From NCBI GenBank assembly GCA_963749655.1, contig CAVVOB010000033.1, positions 1 to 64,000 of the forward strand: a stretch of 64,000 nt of DNA, in the 5' to 3' direction. Below are positions 51,624-60,219 of this stretch, piece after piece (the stretch's first letter is position 1; the number at the start of each line of letters is the position of its first letter). The translations under genes and the position numbers were made by a program. Under the pieces are notes generated by a model, which searched no databases, was not told the DNA's origin, and saw only the letters and a list, made by a program, of their open reading frames with translations. The stretch comes from Nitrospirota bacterium (GTDB taxonomy: Bacteria > Nitrospirota > UBA9217).

Positions 51624-52514
51624 TTATACCTTCTCCAAATGACCTCTCACGGCGTTGAAAACCCGCTCAGGCACAGCCAGACGGCCATCTTCATCAGCGT
51701 ACATCCTGCGGATTTCCTTGAACGAGACATCCGGATCGCGCGTAAGCTCGGCGAGCCGGTCGAAGAAGACCAGCTTCCTTTTCTCCTGCAGACTGCTGCC
51801 CGGCCTCGGCATCGGTCCCCAGCCGTCCCATTGCAGCATCTCCCTCTTGTTCAGTGCGGCAAAATCCCGGATCAGGACGTCGGCTATGAACCAGAGTCCG
51901 CGCAGATCGCCCGCGATGATGCCGAACTTGCCGGCATCTGCCTTTCCCGTCCGGCATCCTGCCCATGCATCGCTCGCGACGATGAACCGGTCGCGCGGCA
52001 CGTCGAGCACATTGTGTTTGATGCGCATGTTTTCACTCCATACTGCATCGAACTGAGGATCAACAAGCACCCATCGGCCCTCGGCTTCGTTCCAGTATTC
52101 AGCGAGGGAGTGGTCCTCGAAATAGCCGGGATTGAAATACGCGCCGAACCCGTACCGCGCTCGGGCGGGGATGCCCTTTGCGCGCAGCATCGCGATGAGC
52201 AAGACGGCAAAGTGGCGGCAGACGCCGACCAGGCGCTTTTCCGGCTTTCGTTCGACGGACAGCGGCCGGTCGTCGAGAGCAGTCAACGCCCCCAGCATGC
52301 TTGTCACGGGACGGATATGGCTTTCGTTCTTTCGCTCTTCCGTGGGCTCGTATCCATAAAATGATGCTGCAGTAAATTCGTGGATCGCCAGCCCCTGCAC
52401 AATGCTCGTGAGCTTTTTTACGTCATCCGGCAATTTCGCAACAAGCCCTCTGTATTTCCCGAGGCTTGTCATCGGTCCTGCTGTGGAATAATACCGGGCA
52501 ATCAGTTTGTTCAT
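51624..52514 (-). CDS. Transglutaminase-like domain protein
   Basis: GVCRHFA..LRAKGIPARARYGF..DH..AEYW..WVLVD triad. Confidence 0.85.
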   Translation of the reverse strand: MNKLIARYYSTAGPMTSLGKYRGLVAKLPDDVKKLTSIVQGLAIHEFTAASFYGYEPTEERKNESHIRPVTSMLGALTALDDRPLSVERKPEKRLVGVCRHFAVLLIAMLRAKGIPARARYGFGAYFNPGYFEDHSLAEYWNEAEGRWVLVDPQFDAVWSENMRIKHNVLDVPRDRFIVASDAWAGCRTGKADAGKFGIIAGDLRGLWFIADVLIRDFAALNKREMLQWDGWGPMPRPGSSLQEKRKLVFFDRLAELTRDPDVSFKEIRRMYADEDGRLAVPERVFNAVRGHLEKV

Positions 52515-52531
52515 GCGAAGTCACTTCCTTC

Positions 52532-53171
52532 TTACCGCCGCATACTTTCTTTCCCGTCGGTCATCTCGACTGATCCTGTTTTCAGTTTACCCGCAAGTCT
52601 GTACACATTGATGACCACCCCTGTGTTTGTTGTACTTGAACTCACCAGCTTCAGGGTGCGCGGAACGGATCCGCTGCCGAACAGACGTTTGCCTGTCCCG
52701 AGCGTTACCGGAAGTGTAAGCAGGCGGTACTCGTCAATAAGGTCGTTCTGGATCAATGTCTGCGCCAGATCCCGCGCTGCCGTGGACCTGCACCTCGTTG
52801 CTGAAGCGCTTCTTGATCTCTGCAACCTCCTTGACCACATCGCGGACATGAAATGAATTGTTCCACGAAAACGTTGTCCGCGTCCGCGATGCCACGAACT
52901 TGGGCAGCGAGTTGAGCTTGGTTGCGACCAGATCGTTCGGGTCCGTGATCTTCGGCCACCAGGATGCGAAGATGTCATATGTCCCGCGGCCAAGCAGGAA
53001 GGCATCCGCTTTCGAAAAGATCTCTGCTATTGTTTTACCGCCGTCCTCGTCAAAGTACGGAATTACCCAGCCTCCGTTGGTGAAGTTGCCGCTCTCATCC
53101 TCGCCCGGACCTCCGGGCGCCTGCATTACGCCGTCGAGAGAGACAAATGTTGTGATAGTCAGTTCAGCCAT
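52532..53171 (-). CDS. Dihydrofolate reductase-like protein (frameshift ~52775)
   Basis: VSLDGVMQAPG, LLGRGTY, IDEY..PVTLGTGKRLF. Confidence 0.88.
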
Positions 53172-53197
53172 GATGTCCTCCTCAGTCTTAATCCTCC

Positions 53198-53256
53198 GGT
53201 TACTTCGCCGAGCCTGTTGACTCAATAAGAGCCTTCAGCTTGTCGAGAATCTGCTC
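53198..53256 (-). pseudogene. C-terminal relic of an SRPBCC/AHSA1-type gene
   Basis: EQILDKLKALIE..* ending just before the RBS of the next gene. Confidence 0.4.
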
Positions 53257-53362
53257 TTTTGCCGGCTTGGTAATATGTACAATTTTATTTGCCGCATCAT
53301 CACCATCAAATTCCTGACGTCCTCAGCGTCCTCGATGGCTACGGTAACCGCGAAATGCGGGT

Positions 53363-53426
53363 TGCTATCGCTCCGGTTCACCGGCGGGCCGCGCAGCGGA
53401 CCGTCCGCTGCAACCGGTTGTTAGGC
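53363..53426 (-). other. Integron attC site (degenerate core)
   Basis: GCCTAACAACCGGTTGCAGCGGAC..GCCCGCCGGTGAACCGGAGCGATAGCA: RYYYAAC inverse core, palindromic arms, right after stop codon. Confidence 0.7.
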
Positions 53427-53431
53427 CGCCC

Positions 53432-54061
53432 TCACTGACGCACATAGCGCACGTGTGTGGCGGCTGGACCATCAAGAACCCTGTCAATGCGAAACTGCGG
53501 CCCGGGCTCGCGTAGGTTCTCGAAGAGACGCCGCCCGCCGCCGAACAACACGGGTGCCAAGGCGATTTCCAGCTCGTCGACGACACCCAGGTTCAGGTAC
53601 TGCTGGATCACATCCGCGCCACCCGCGATACGAATATCACGACTGCCTGCGGATTTCCGAGCCAGCTCCAGGGCACGCTCCGGCCCGTCATTGATGAAGT
53701 AAAAGGTCGTCCCACCGGGGCGCACCCAGGGTTCGCGTTTCTCATGGGTAAGAACGTATACCGGTGTGTGAAACGGAGCCTCCTCTGGCCAGGCGACCTC
53801 GCCTTGGTCGAACATTCGCTTGCCCATGATGTTGGCACCGATGCGCTCCGTGGTGCTGCGAACCAGGTCATTGACCGGGCCGGTCTCTCCCCCTGGTCCG
53901 AGCTTGAGGTTGTCGCGGAAGTACTGTTGATTGATGATCCAGGCCATCAGCGCACCCCACTTCGCGCCCCAGTTCTTGTACTCAGGCTTGCCCATGGTCA
54001 TTCCTTCCGGTGCCATGTAGCCATCGAGGCTAAGTCCAATGTTGACGAATACTTTGCTCAT
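53432..54061 (-). CDS. Dihydrofolate reductase-like protein, gene cassette between two attC
   Basis: LSLDGY, IMGKRMF, VYVLTH, IAGGA, VDEL..PVLFG.GRRLF. Confidence 0.9.
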   Translation of the reverse strand: MSKVFVNIGLSLDGYMAPEGMTMGKPEYKNWGAKWGALMAWIINQQYFRDNLKLGPGGETGPVNDLVRSTTERIGANIMGKRMFDQGEVAWPEEAPFHTPVYVLTHEKREPWVRPGGTTFYFINDGPERALELARKSAGSRDIRIAGGADVIQQYLNLGVVDELEIALAPVLFGGGRRLFENLREPGPQFRIDRVLDGPAATHVRYVRQ

Positions 54062-54094
54062 GATTCTCCTCTCGCATGTTCGGATGTCGGCCTG

Positions 54095-54150
54095 GTTCAA
54101 CGTTTGAATTAAACCGCGGCGCGAAGCAGCGTCGGCTTGAATCGTTAGGC
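54095..54150 (-). other. Integron attC site (aadA-like)
   Basis: GCCTAAC-GATTCAAGCCGACGCTGCTTCGCGCCGCGGTTTAATTCAAAC-GTTGAAC with GTTRRRY core. Confidence 0.75.
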
Positions 54151-54174
54151 GTATGCCTTGTCGTGCATCGGCAG

Positions 54175-54756
54175 TCAGCGCTCGACGGCGTACCGAACCA
54201 GGAGCAGGCTCGAGCCATCGAAGGTGCGGGTGTCCAGCAGGCGAAGCGAGCCGGGCGGCCGGGTCTCGAATGCCCGGACACCCTCACCGACAACGCCGGC
54301 GCCGATCATAAAATGCAGCTCATCGACCAGGCCGGCGGCGAGAAGGTCGTTCCAGAGGACGTGACTGCCAAATACCAGGATTTCCCGCCCCAGCCCCTTC
54401 TTGAGTGCCGCGACCTCCGCGTGCGCACGAGCACGCCGAACGACACGGGTCGGGCCCCACCCCGCGACTTCGTCGGGCTTCAGGCTGTTCGAGACCACGA
54501 CCTTCTCGATGGCGGTGTTGAGACGCGAGATCTCGCGCTCCACAGCCGGCTGGCTCACGTCCTCGGCGATCGCGGGCCAATAGGACCGGAAGGCCTCGAA
54601 CGACTTACGCCCGAGTAGCAGCGTGTCGGCCGCCCGGAGTCGCTCCGCGTTGTAGTCGGAGAAGCCGTTGTCGAACGGCATGGCCATGATGTCCCCGCCT
54701 GGGCCGGAGTAAAACCCGTCGAGTGAGATGATGTTGCAGACGATGAGCTTACGCAT
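54175..54756 (-). CDS. Dihydrofolate reductase-like protein (cassette)
   Basis: ISLDGF, LLGRKSF, KVVVS, FGS, VDEL. Confidence 0.88.
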   Translation of the reverse strand: MRKLIVCNIISLDGFYSGPGGDIMAMPFDNGFSDYNAERLRAADTLLLGRKSFEAFRSYWPAIAEDVSQPAVEREISRLNTAIEKVVVSNSLKPDEVAGWGPTRVVRRARAHAEVAALKKGLGREILVFGSHVLWNDLLAAGLVDELHFMIGAGVVGEGVRAFETRPPGSLRLLDTRTFDGSSLLLVRYAVER

Positions 54757-54918
54757 GATTGGTGAATCTCCTTTTGGACGATGCTGCTATCTTTCTCTCC
54801 GCCGTAAATGCCGTCATTGCTTATTCTTTCCCATTGTACTACTGATATTTGAATATCGTTGATGTTCGAACGACACAACTCCGCTCTTTGATGTCTCCCG
54901 CGCAAAAACTATTTGCCC

Positions 54919-55377
54919 TTATACGCTTCCTTCAACTCTCGCAATATCGATCTTCGTCATGGTGAGCATCGCCTGCGTCACGCGGCCGGCCTTAACTGGA
55001 TCGCGATCCGACATCAGTTTGGTCAATACCGTCGGCACGACCTGCCAGGACACGCCGTATCTGTCCTTGAGCCACCCGCATTGTCCTTTTTCTCCGCCCG
55101 CGGAGAGCTTATCCCAGAAGTGATCCACTTCTTTCTGCGTCCTGCAATTCACCACGAACGATATGGCCTCGGTGATCGGACGGAACGGGCCGGCTGCCAT
55201 GAGCATGAACTCCTGGCCGTCAAGTTCGAGCGTGACGACCTCGACCGTTCCCGACGGCGTGTCCGTGATCGTTGAGACATCTTTGATCTTCGAGCGTCTT
55301 CCGAAGACCTTCACATAGAAGTTCGCCGCTTCCTTCGCGCCTTTTTCGAACCAAATAAATGGGGTGATCTTCTGCAT
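54919..55377 (-). CDS. VOC/PhnB-like (3-demethylubiquinone-9 3-methyltransferase family) protein
   Basis: MQKITPFIWF..AISFVVNC.TQ.EVD.FWDKLS..QCGWLKDRYGVSWQVVP. Confidence 0.9.
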   Translation of the reverse strand: MQKITPFIWFEKGAKEAANFYVKVFGRRSKIKDVSTITDTPSGTVEVVTLELDGQEFMLMAAGPFRPITEAISFVVNCRTQKEVDHFWDKLSAGGEKGQCGWLKDRYGVSWQVVPTVLTKLMSDRDPVKAGRVTQAMLTMTKIDIARVEGSV

Positions 55378-55403
55378 GGGAACCTCCTTTTGATGCGGCG
55401 TGC

Positions 55404-55440
55404 ACCCCTCACCTTTATCCTCTCCCTCTGAGGGGAGAGG
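55404..55440. repeat. REP-like palindrome CCTCTCCC-N-GGGAGAGG
   Basis: ACCCCTCACCTTTATCCTCTCCCTCTGAGGGGAGAGG. Confidence 0.55.
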
Positions 55441-55449
55441 AATATGTGG

Positions 55450-55984
55450 TCAGCTCTTTTCCACCAGCGCTTTCAGGTTTGCGAGTCCTGTTTCGAAATC
55501 GCTTCCCACCATCTTGTCCACATTGATGAACGTGCAGACGAGTCTTGCTCATATAGTTGTTCGTTCCGCGCATGGACCACGTCACGTTCGTGCCGCCGCC
55601 CTTCGGCTCCAGCGTATACTCCACGATGTTCCGGCCTTGCATCGGCTCAAACAGGTCCAGGGTCAGCACAACTTTGGTCGGAGGCACGGCCTCGATTATT
55701 TCCAGGCGGCCGGCGCCGACTTTCTTTTTGTCGCCGGCAAACTCGTACACTGCGCCCTTGCCGCTCGGCGCGCCGCTGAACGTCCGTTTCATGGAAGGAT
55801 CCCTTTTTTCGTAGGGCGACCAGAGATCCCCCTTGTGAAAGTCGCTCATGTAGGGATAGATTCTTTCCGGAGCGGCGTTGATGCTCACGCTCCGGCTGAT
55901 CAAAAACGTGCTCGGCTGGAATGCCGCGTAAACCAGAACCGCGGCGATAAGAACCACGACTGAAATGAGAATTTTTCTGACCAT
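55450..55984 (-). CDS. SRPBCC (polyketide cyclase) family protein (frameshift ~55540)
   Basis: RSVSINA.PE..WSPYEKRDP..G.GAVY..VTWSM + VGSDFETGLANLK. Confidence 0.85.
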
Positions 55985-55998
55985 GACTTTCTCCTTTC

Positions 55999-56012
55999 GT
56001 TGTATATACAAC
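55999..56012. promoter_or_regulatory. Putative MarR operator 2
   Basis: Perfect palindrome GTTGTATATACAAC just upstream of SRPBCC RBS. Confidence 0.75.
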
Positions 56013-56029
56013 TCACTGGCTTAAAAATT

Positions 56030-56483
56030 TTAAATGGGGTGCTTCTTCCTTACGGCGCCATGCAGTGTATGCACGGCGGAAACGCCTTTTTCTCCCAGGA
56101 GCCGGGACGCATCCTTCTGCGCTTTCTGCCAGGCGGGGTGAAATGCCGCAAGCACTTTTCTTCCCTTGGCAGTTACGCTCACGACCTGCTCCTTCCCTCC
56201 ATCCACGCCCGCGGACTCGATCCAACCCTGTCTTCTTCATCCGGTCCAGGTTGCGGCTGACCGTGGATTTTTCCATGATCAGCACCTGCCCGATCCTGCC
56301 CGGCCCCGCCTGGCCCACCGTTGACAGCATGATGAGCATCGTTGCCTGGTTCACGGTGATACCAAAGGGCTGGAGTGCGGAGTCGTAAAGATTTGTGATG
56401 ACCCGGTTCAGCGCCCGCACCCGGAAAGCTATGCACTCATCCCCCATGACTTGCGCCAGTTTTCTTGTTTTACCGTCGTCCAT
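56030..56483 (-). CDS. MarR-family regulator (frameshift ~56232)
   Basis: CIAFRVRALNRVITNLYD..L.P.GIT..Q..EKSTVSRNLDRM. Confidence 0.85.
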
Positions 56484-56495
56484 TGCACGCTCCAT

Positions 56496-56539
56496 GTTGT
56501 ATATACAACAACTGTACCGAAAAAAACCGGCTCTGTCAA
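56496..56539 (-). promoter_or_regulatory. MarR promoter with operator 1 at the start site
   Basis: TTGACA(56539-56534)-17nt-TACAGT then GTTGTATATACAAC (56496-56509). Confidence 0.75.
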
Positions 56540-56619
56540 GTGCACCGCGATTTTTGCATTTTCTATTTTTTTGGTCGTGCAGGTGGATCGGGATAGGGAC
56601 CAAAATGCGGCAAGCTGTA

Positions 56620-56672
56620 GTGGAGCCCCCTCCAGCAGGAGCCGGGGGATGCCAAGGCGCGGGATTGCCTGC
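56620..56672. repeat. Dispersed element GTGGAGCCCCCT.., copy C (internally collapsed)
   Basis: Left terminus fused to GCAGGAGCCGGGGGATGCCAAGGCGCGGGATTGC of copy B right end. Confidence 0.7.
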
Positions 56673-57038
56673 GCGGAATTCATCAGTACATAGCCAAGCA
56701 GAGAAGTCTCCCTAAGACGGTGTAAAGTCTTGTTACGGTTTAACAGTGAGTTGATTTGTGCTGCCGACCATGGACTTGAACGTATTAAAAATATTGCTTC
56801 ATCACAGGGTGTTCCCTCTCGTTAGTAAGGATTTGCCACGACAGATTCAGAGAGGGCGAATACATTCCTCATCTAAAAAGTTGTCAACGACGGTATATTT
56901 TCGGGGGGCGATAAGGCCGGGATACAAGAGAAGTGGCGACGGGTTCCGCAAGGCCGGAAAGAACACCGGCCGGGCGGTGACCGGTTAGAGAAAGCGCGGC
57001 TGCTTTCCGGGAAGTCGAATCGCTGCCATTGAAGCGGC

Positions 57039-57950
57039 TCAGAGACGATGGGCTATGCCCCGCTCCTGAAGAAATTGCAGCACTTCCGCGAGCCTCGGGA
57101 TGCCCGCCCGTCCGCCGAGCTTCCTGCATTTCATTGCAGCAACAGCCGATGCAAACCGGATCGTGTCTCTAAGCGGCCACTTTTGAAGCAGACCGTAGAG
57201 GTAGCCGCCGTGAAATACATCGCCTGCGCCGGTCGTGTCCACTGCCTCGACGGGAAAGGCAGGGCAGGAAATAATTTCCTCGCCTGCAAAGGTGACGCTT
57301 CCCCTGCTGCCGAGAGTGATGGTCGTGATGCCGAAGCCGAGCTTTCCGACCTCCTGTCTGAACGATCCAGGATCATCTTTCCATCCCAGTTCCCTGGCAA
57401 ACTCCTCGGACCCGACCACATAATCGCTCATGCGGGCAAGCTCGAGCATTCCCTCTCTCACCCGGCCTGCATCGACCATCACGGGAACGCCCTCTTTCCT
57501 GGCCTGCTCGGCGCTGAAGAGCGAAACATCCTTCATCAGACCGTCGAGGAGCAGAAACTTCGCGCCTGCGAGGAAATCGGATGAAAGTTCTTCGACGCGG
57601 AGCGGATCGCCGGTCGGCCGTTTCCAGAAGATCGTACGCGTCCCCTTGGATTTGTCGATGGCAATGAACGCAGTCTGGGACGAGGCCTTCGCTCGCTTGA
57701 CCAGGCCCGTTGCATCGACTTTTTCGTCTATGAGGGACTGACGGATTGCAGCGCCTTCCCGGTCATCTCCGATAACGCCGTGGAACCGGCAGGGCACGCC
57801 GAAACGGGACAAGGCAGCGAGCGCCGATGCGACCGGCCCGCCGCCCTGCTCTTCCCACACAAGGGCTTCCTTTTTTGTGTCCGCCTGCGGGAAGCTGTCG
57901 ACAACCGCGAGCACGTCCCAGGCGCATTGCCCGATCCCCACAACTGTCAT
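57039..57950 (-). CDS. PfkB/ribokinase-family sugar kinase, paralog 2
   Basis: QGGGPVA, AVDTTGAGDVFHGG, AAMKCRKLGGR. Confidence 0.9.
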   Translation of the reverse strand: MTVVGIGQCAWDVLAVVDSFPQADTKKEALVWEEQGGGPVASALAALSRFGVPCRFHGVIGDDREGAAIRQSLIDEKVDATGLVKRAKASSQTAFIAIDKSKGTRTIFWKRPTGDPLRVEELSSDFLAGAKFLLLDGLMKDVSLFSAEQARKEGVPVMVDAGRVREGMLELARMSDYVVGSEEFARELGWKDDPGSFRQEVGKLGFGITTITLGSRGSVTFAGEEIISCPAFPVEAVDTTGAGDVFHGGYLYGLLQKWPLRDTIRFASAVAAMKCRKLGGRAGIPRLAEVLQFLQERGIAHRL

Positions 57951-57984
57951 ACAAAACCTCCAATCGATATATCCTTGTCCGCCA

Positions 57985-58053
57985 GCCCCTCGCCCTTGCT
58001 ACTTGCCCCTTGCTAATTGCCCCTTGACCCTGGCCCCTTGACCCTGCCCTTTG
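57985..58053. repeat. Heptamer tandem repeat (CCCTTGC/CCCTTGA), single arm
   Basis: GCCCCTCGCCCTTGCTACTTGCCCCTTGCTAATTGCCCCTTGACCCTGGCCCCTTGACCC. Confidence 0.65.
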
Positions 58054-58194
58054 CCATCGTACCAGAAAATTTGGAGAACGGGAAGCAGGATACAGAAAGA
58101 ACCGGTCGACGGCAAAGCCAATGCTGTCTCGCTCGCGCAAAGCCGCAAAGTCGCAAAGGAAAGCGGGGGCAAAGCCCGTTCGGCAGGTTCGGTT

Positions 58195-58342
58195 GTGTGC
58201 ATGGATTTTCGTGTAGGTAGTGTTCGGATCAGGACCAGGAACAGGTATGGCTGTTCATCAAAGAAGAGGTAAAAAGGGGCATCACTGCTTCGCCGTAACT
58301 TGATCCTGCGAGAGGGAGTGTCGATTTTAAGGTCTGCCACGC
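58195..58342 (-). pseudogene. REP-like arm followed by possible RAYT HUH-region relic
   Basis: GGCAGACCTTAAAATCGACA then FYLF/LMNSH..KSMH; highly decayed. Confidence 0.3.
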
Positions 58343-58394
58343 GGCGATCCTATACGCATAGGATGGGCTGAAGATATCGGGACGGATTTCATTT

Positions 58395-59342
58395 TCAGGG
58401 AGTCGCGTCAACCGACCGTTTGCCGTGGTCCGTAACGCGGTCGAACTCGTCATCACGCTCCCGCGCTTTCGCCAGGACGGACTGCGCCCGTGTTTCGATT
58501 TCCTTTTGCAGCTCGCCGCAGGACTGCGCGGGAGGAAGTTGGGCAAGGGTGTCGTAAATTTCCTTACTCGTTTGCCTGGCGATCCCTTCGTGTTCTCCTT
58601 CATGCCGTTCGAGCTGGACAAGGCGTTTCTGCCATTCCTCTGTCACCTTCGGGTCCGCATCGGGGTTGTTCCAGCGCGGATAGGTGAACGTCAGCCGCGC
58701 ATCGATGCGGACCCGGTCGATACGGCACGCGCCATTCTCCAGCCGGTAAGTATAATACCAGTGATAGTAGGGATCTGTTTCGGCGACGAAACCATGCGGG
58801 CCGAGGCTGTGCACCTGAGCATCCAGGTCCCCCAGCGTCGAACCGCTAACGTCGTAGTATTTTGTATCCGTGGTTATGAATACACCCGTTTCGAATGCCG
58901 TGCCGGTCTCCTTGGAATACATGATGTCCAGTTTTCCCGGAATGCCGGTGCCGCCCGTGGCAACAGCATATACGATGGCGGCGATGAGGGCGCCGAAACA
59001 GATGAGCGGTACCATGCTCATCGCAAGACCGATCAGAGCGCGCTTCCTGGGCTTCTCCTTCCATATTGCCACGACGTTGAAAGGCACGGCGACTAGGGTG
59101 CCCCAGGTGATGCAATTGTCTACGATCGACCGCAGGAGGCTTCCGCAGGGAGGATTGATCACAATCCACAAAACGAGCCACAGCAGAGGGAAAGCGCCGA
59201 GCCAGATACCGATCGTTCCCAGTCGCAGGCGGGGTCGGTCATTCGGCTGTGGGACGCGAGGGCGGTACTTTTCGAAAATGATCCCGCAATAACTGCACTC
59301 GATGTCCGAGGACGATTCCTTATGGCATTTCGGGCATTGCAT
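58395..59342 (-). CDS. Zn-ribbon plus TM plus DUF922 putative Zn-protease
   Basis: CPKC..CSYCG; YYDVSGST; YPRW; HEGEH motif. Confidence 0.8.
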   Translation of the reverse strand: MQCPKCHKESSSDIECSYCGIIFEKYRPRVPQPNDRPRLRLGTIGIWLGAFPLLWLVLWIVINPPCGSLLRSIVDNCITWGTLVAVPFNVVAIWKEKPRKRALIGLAMSMVPLICFGALIAAIVYAVATGGTGIPGKLDIMYSKETGTAFETGVFITTDTKYYDVSGSTLGDLDAQVHSLGPHGFVAETDPYYHWYYTYRLENGACRIDRVRIDARLTFTYPRWNNPDADPKVTEEWQKRLVQLERHEGEHEGIARQTSKEIYDTLAQLPPAQSCGELQKEIETRAQSVLAKARERDDEFDRVTDHGKRSVDATP

Positions 59343-59531
59343 TTTAGCGTCTCATATCTCCTGCACGCCGCGTGTCAACGTTCCCAAAGTGGCTGTGTGT
59401 GGTTTCAAAATAGCAATTTTCAAGTCAGACACTCTGCAGCTCCCTTAGTCTGTTTGTGACTGGCCTCCGTAAGAATTTTATAGTTGGCTTTACAATATTG
59501 GCTCTGAAGTCCTTGCACAGCGCCCCTGTCG

Positions 59532-60194
59532 TCATTTTCGATTACTCTTGTCGATTGCAATGCTTGTGGTCTGGGCTTCGCAGGAGTAGTCGTAGAGGAA
59601 GCTCATTACCATCCGATCATAGATTTCTCGCCACACGTCGTATGGCCGGTGAGAAGGCATCATGAAAAGCAGGGAGAAGTGTACCCACGTGTCGATGTTC
59701 TCCCGGTAGACGTACTCCTTCAACACTTGATCGTTTTTTCTCTGCTGCACAGTCAGCTGTACGTAATCCCGTTCAAATCCCGGCAGCAGTGTAAACGTAA
59801 ACCCAGATATGAAGCCGCTGATGATGGCAACGGCCGTGTTCCCCGGCGTAGTCCCGATCCGAAAATCCCATTTAATGCTGTTCTGTATTTTTTCACCATT
59901 CGGGCTGCAATGTTCGGGAGCCTTTAGGAAAAAGCCGCTCTTCTCGAGCATGGCAAACGTTCTGTCTATGACCTCCCGGTCTGCATCCTTCATACTGCCC
60001 GTTGGCTTCGACACCAGACACGTCTTCTCCTGGGGTGGCGGCCCAAGATCCGAATAGGTATAGGAAGGAATTTCCTTGCCGGGAAAAGAAGCACACCCGT
60101 TCAGCCAGAGAGCAAAGGTCAGGAACGACAGGACGAGAATAGGAGTGTGGCTTTTAAACGATGCACACGATGTATTTTTCCTAGTATTGGTCAT
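59532..60194 (-). CDS. Hypothetical lipoprotein
   Basis: Lipobox LNGC; ISGFTFTLLPG..Y.Y.E...TWVH. Confidence 0.7.
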   Translation of the reverse strand: MTNTRKNTSCASFKSHTPILVLSFLTFALWLNGCASFPGKEIPSYTYSDLGPPPQEKTCLVSKPTGSMKDADREVIDRTFAMLEKSGFFLKAPEHCSPNGEKIQNSIKWDFRIGTTPGNTAVAIISGFISGFTFTLLPGFERDYVQLTVQQRKNDQVLKEYVYRENIDTWVHFSLLFMMPSHRPYDVWREIYDRMVMSFLYDYSCEAQTTSIAIDKSNRK

Positions 60195-60219
60195 GGTCTC
60201 CTCTGTTTGCTATGAATCA

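Noticed and set aside
10-56483. Numerous frameshifts in conserved genes (tupA/B, ppaC, K+ channel, NCS2, livF, RT etc.) as programmed frameshifting or mass pseudogenisation
   Set aside because: Scattered single-base indels without in-frame stop accumulation or shared slippery sites fit long-read consensus error better.
56760-56840. Further RAYT-like fragment (LTRGN..AIF)
   Set aside because: Too short and degenerate to distinguish from chance.
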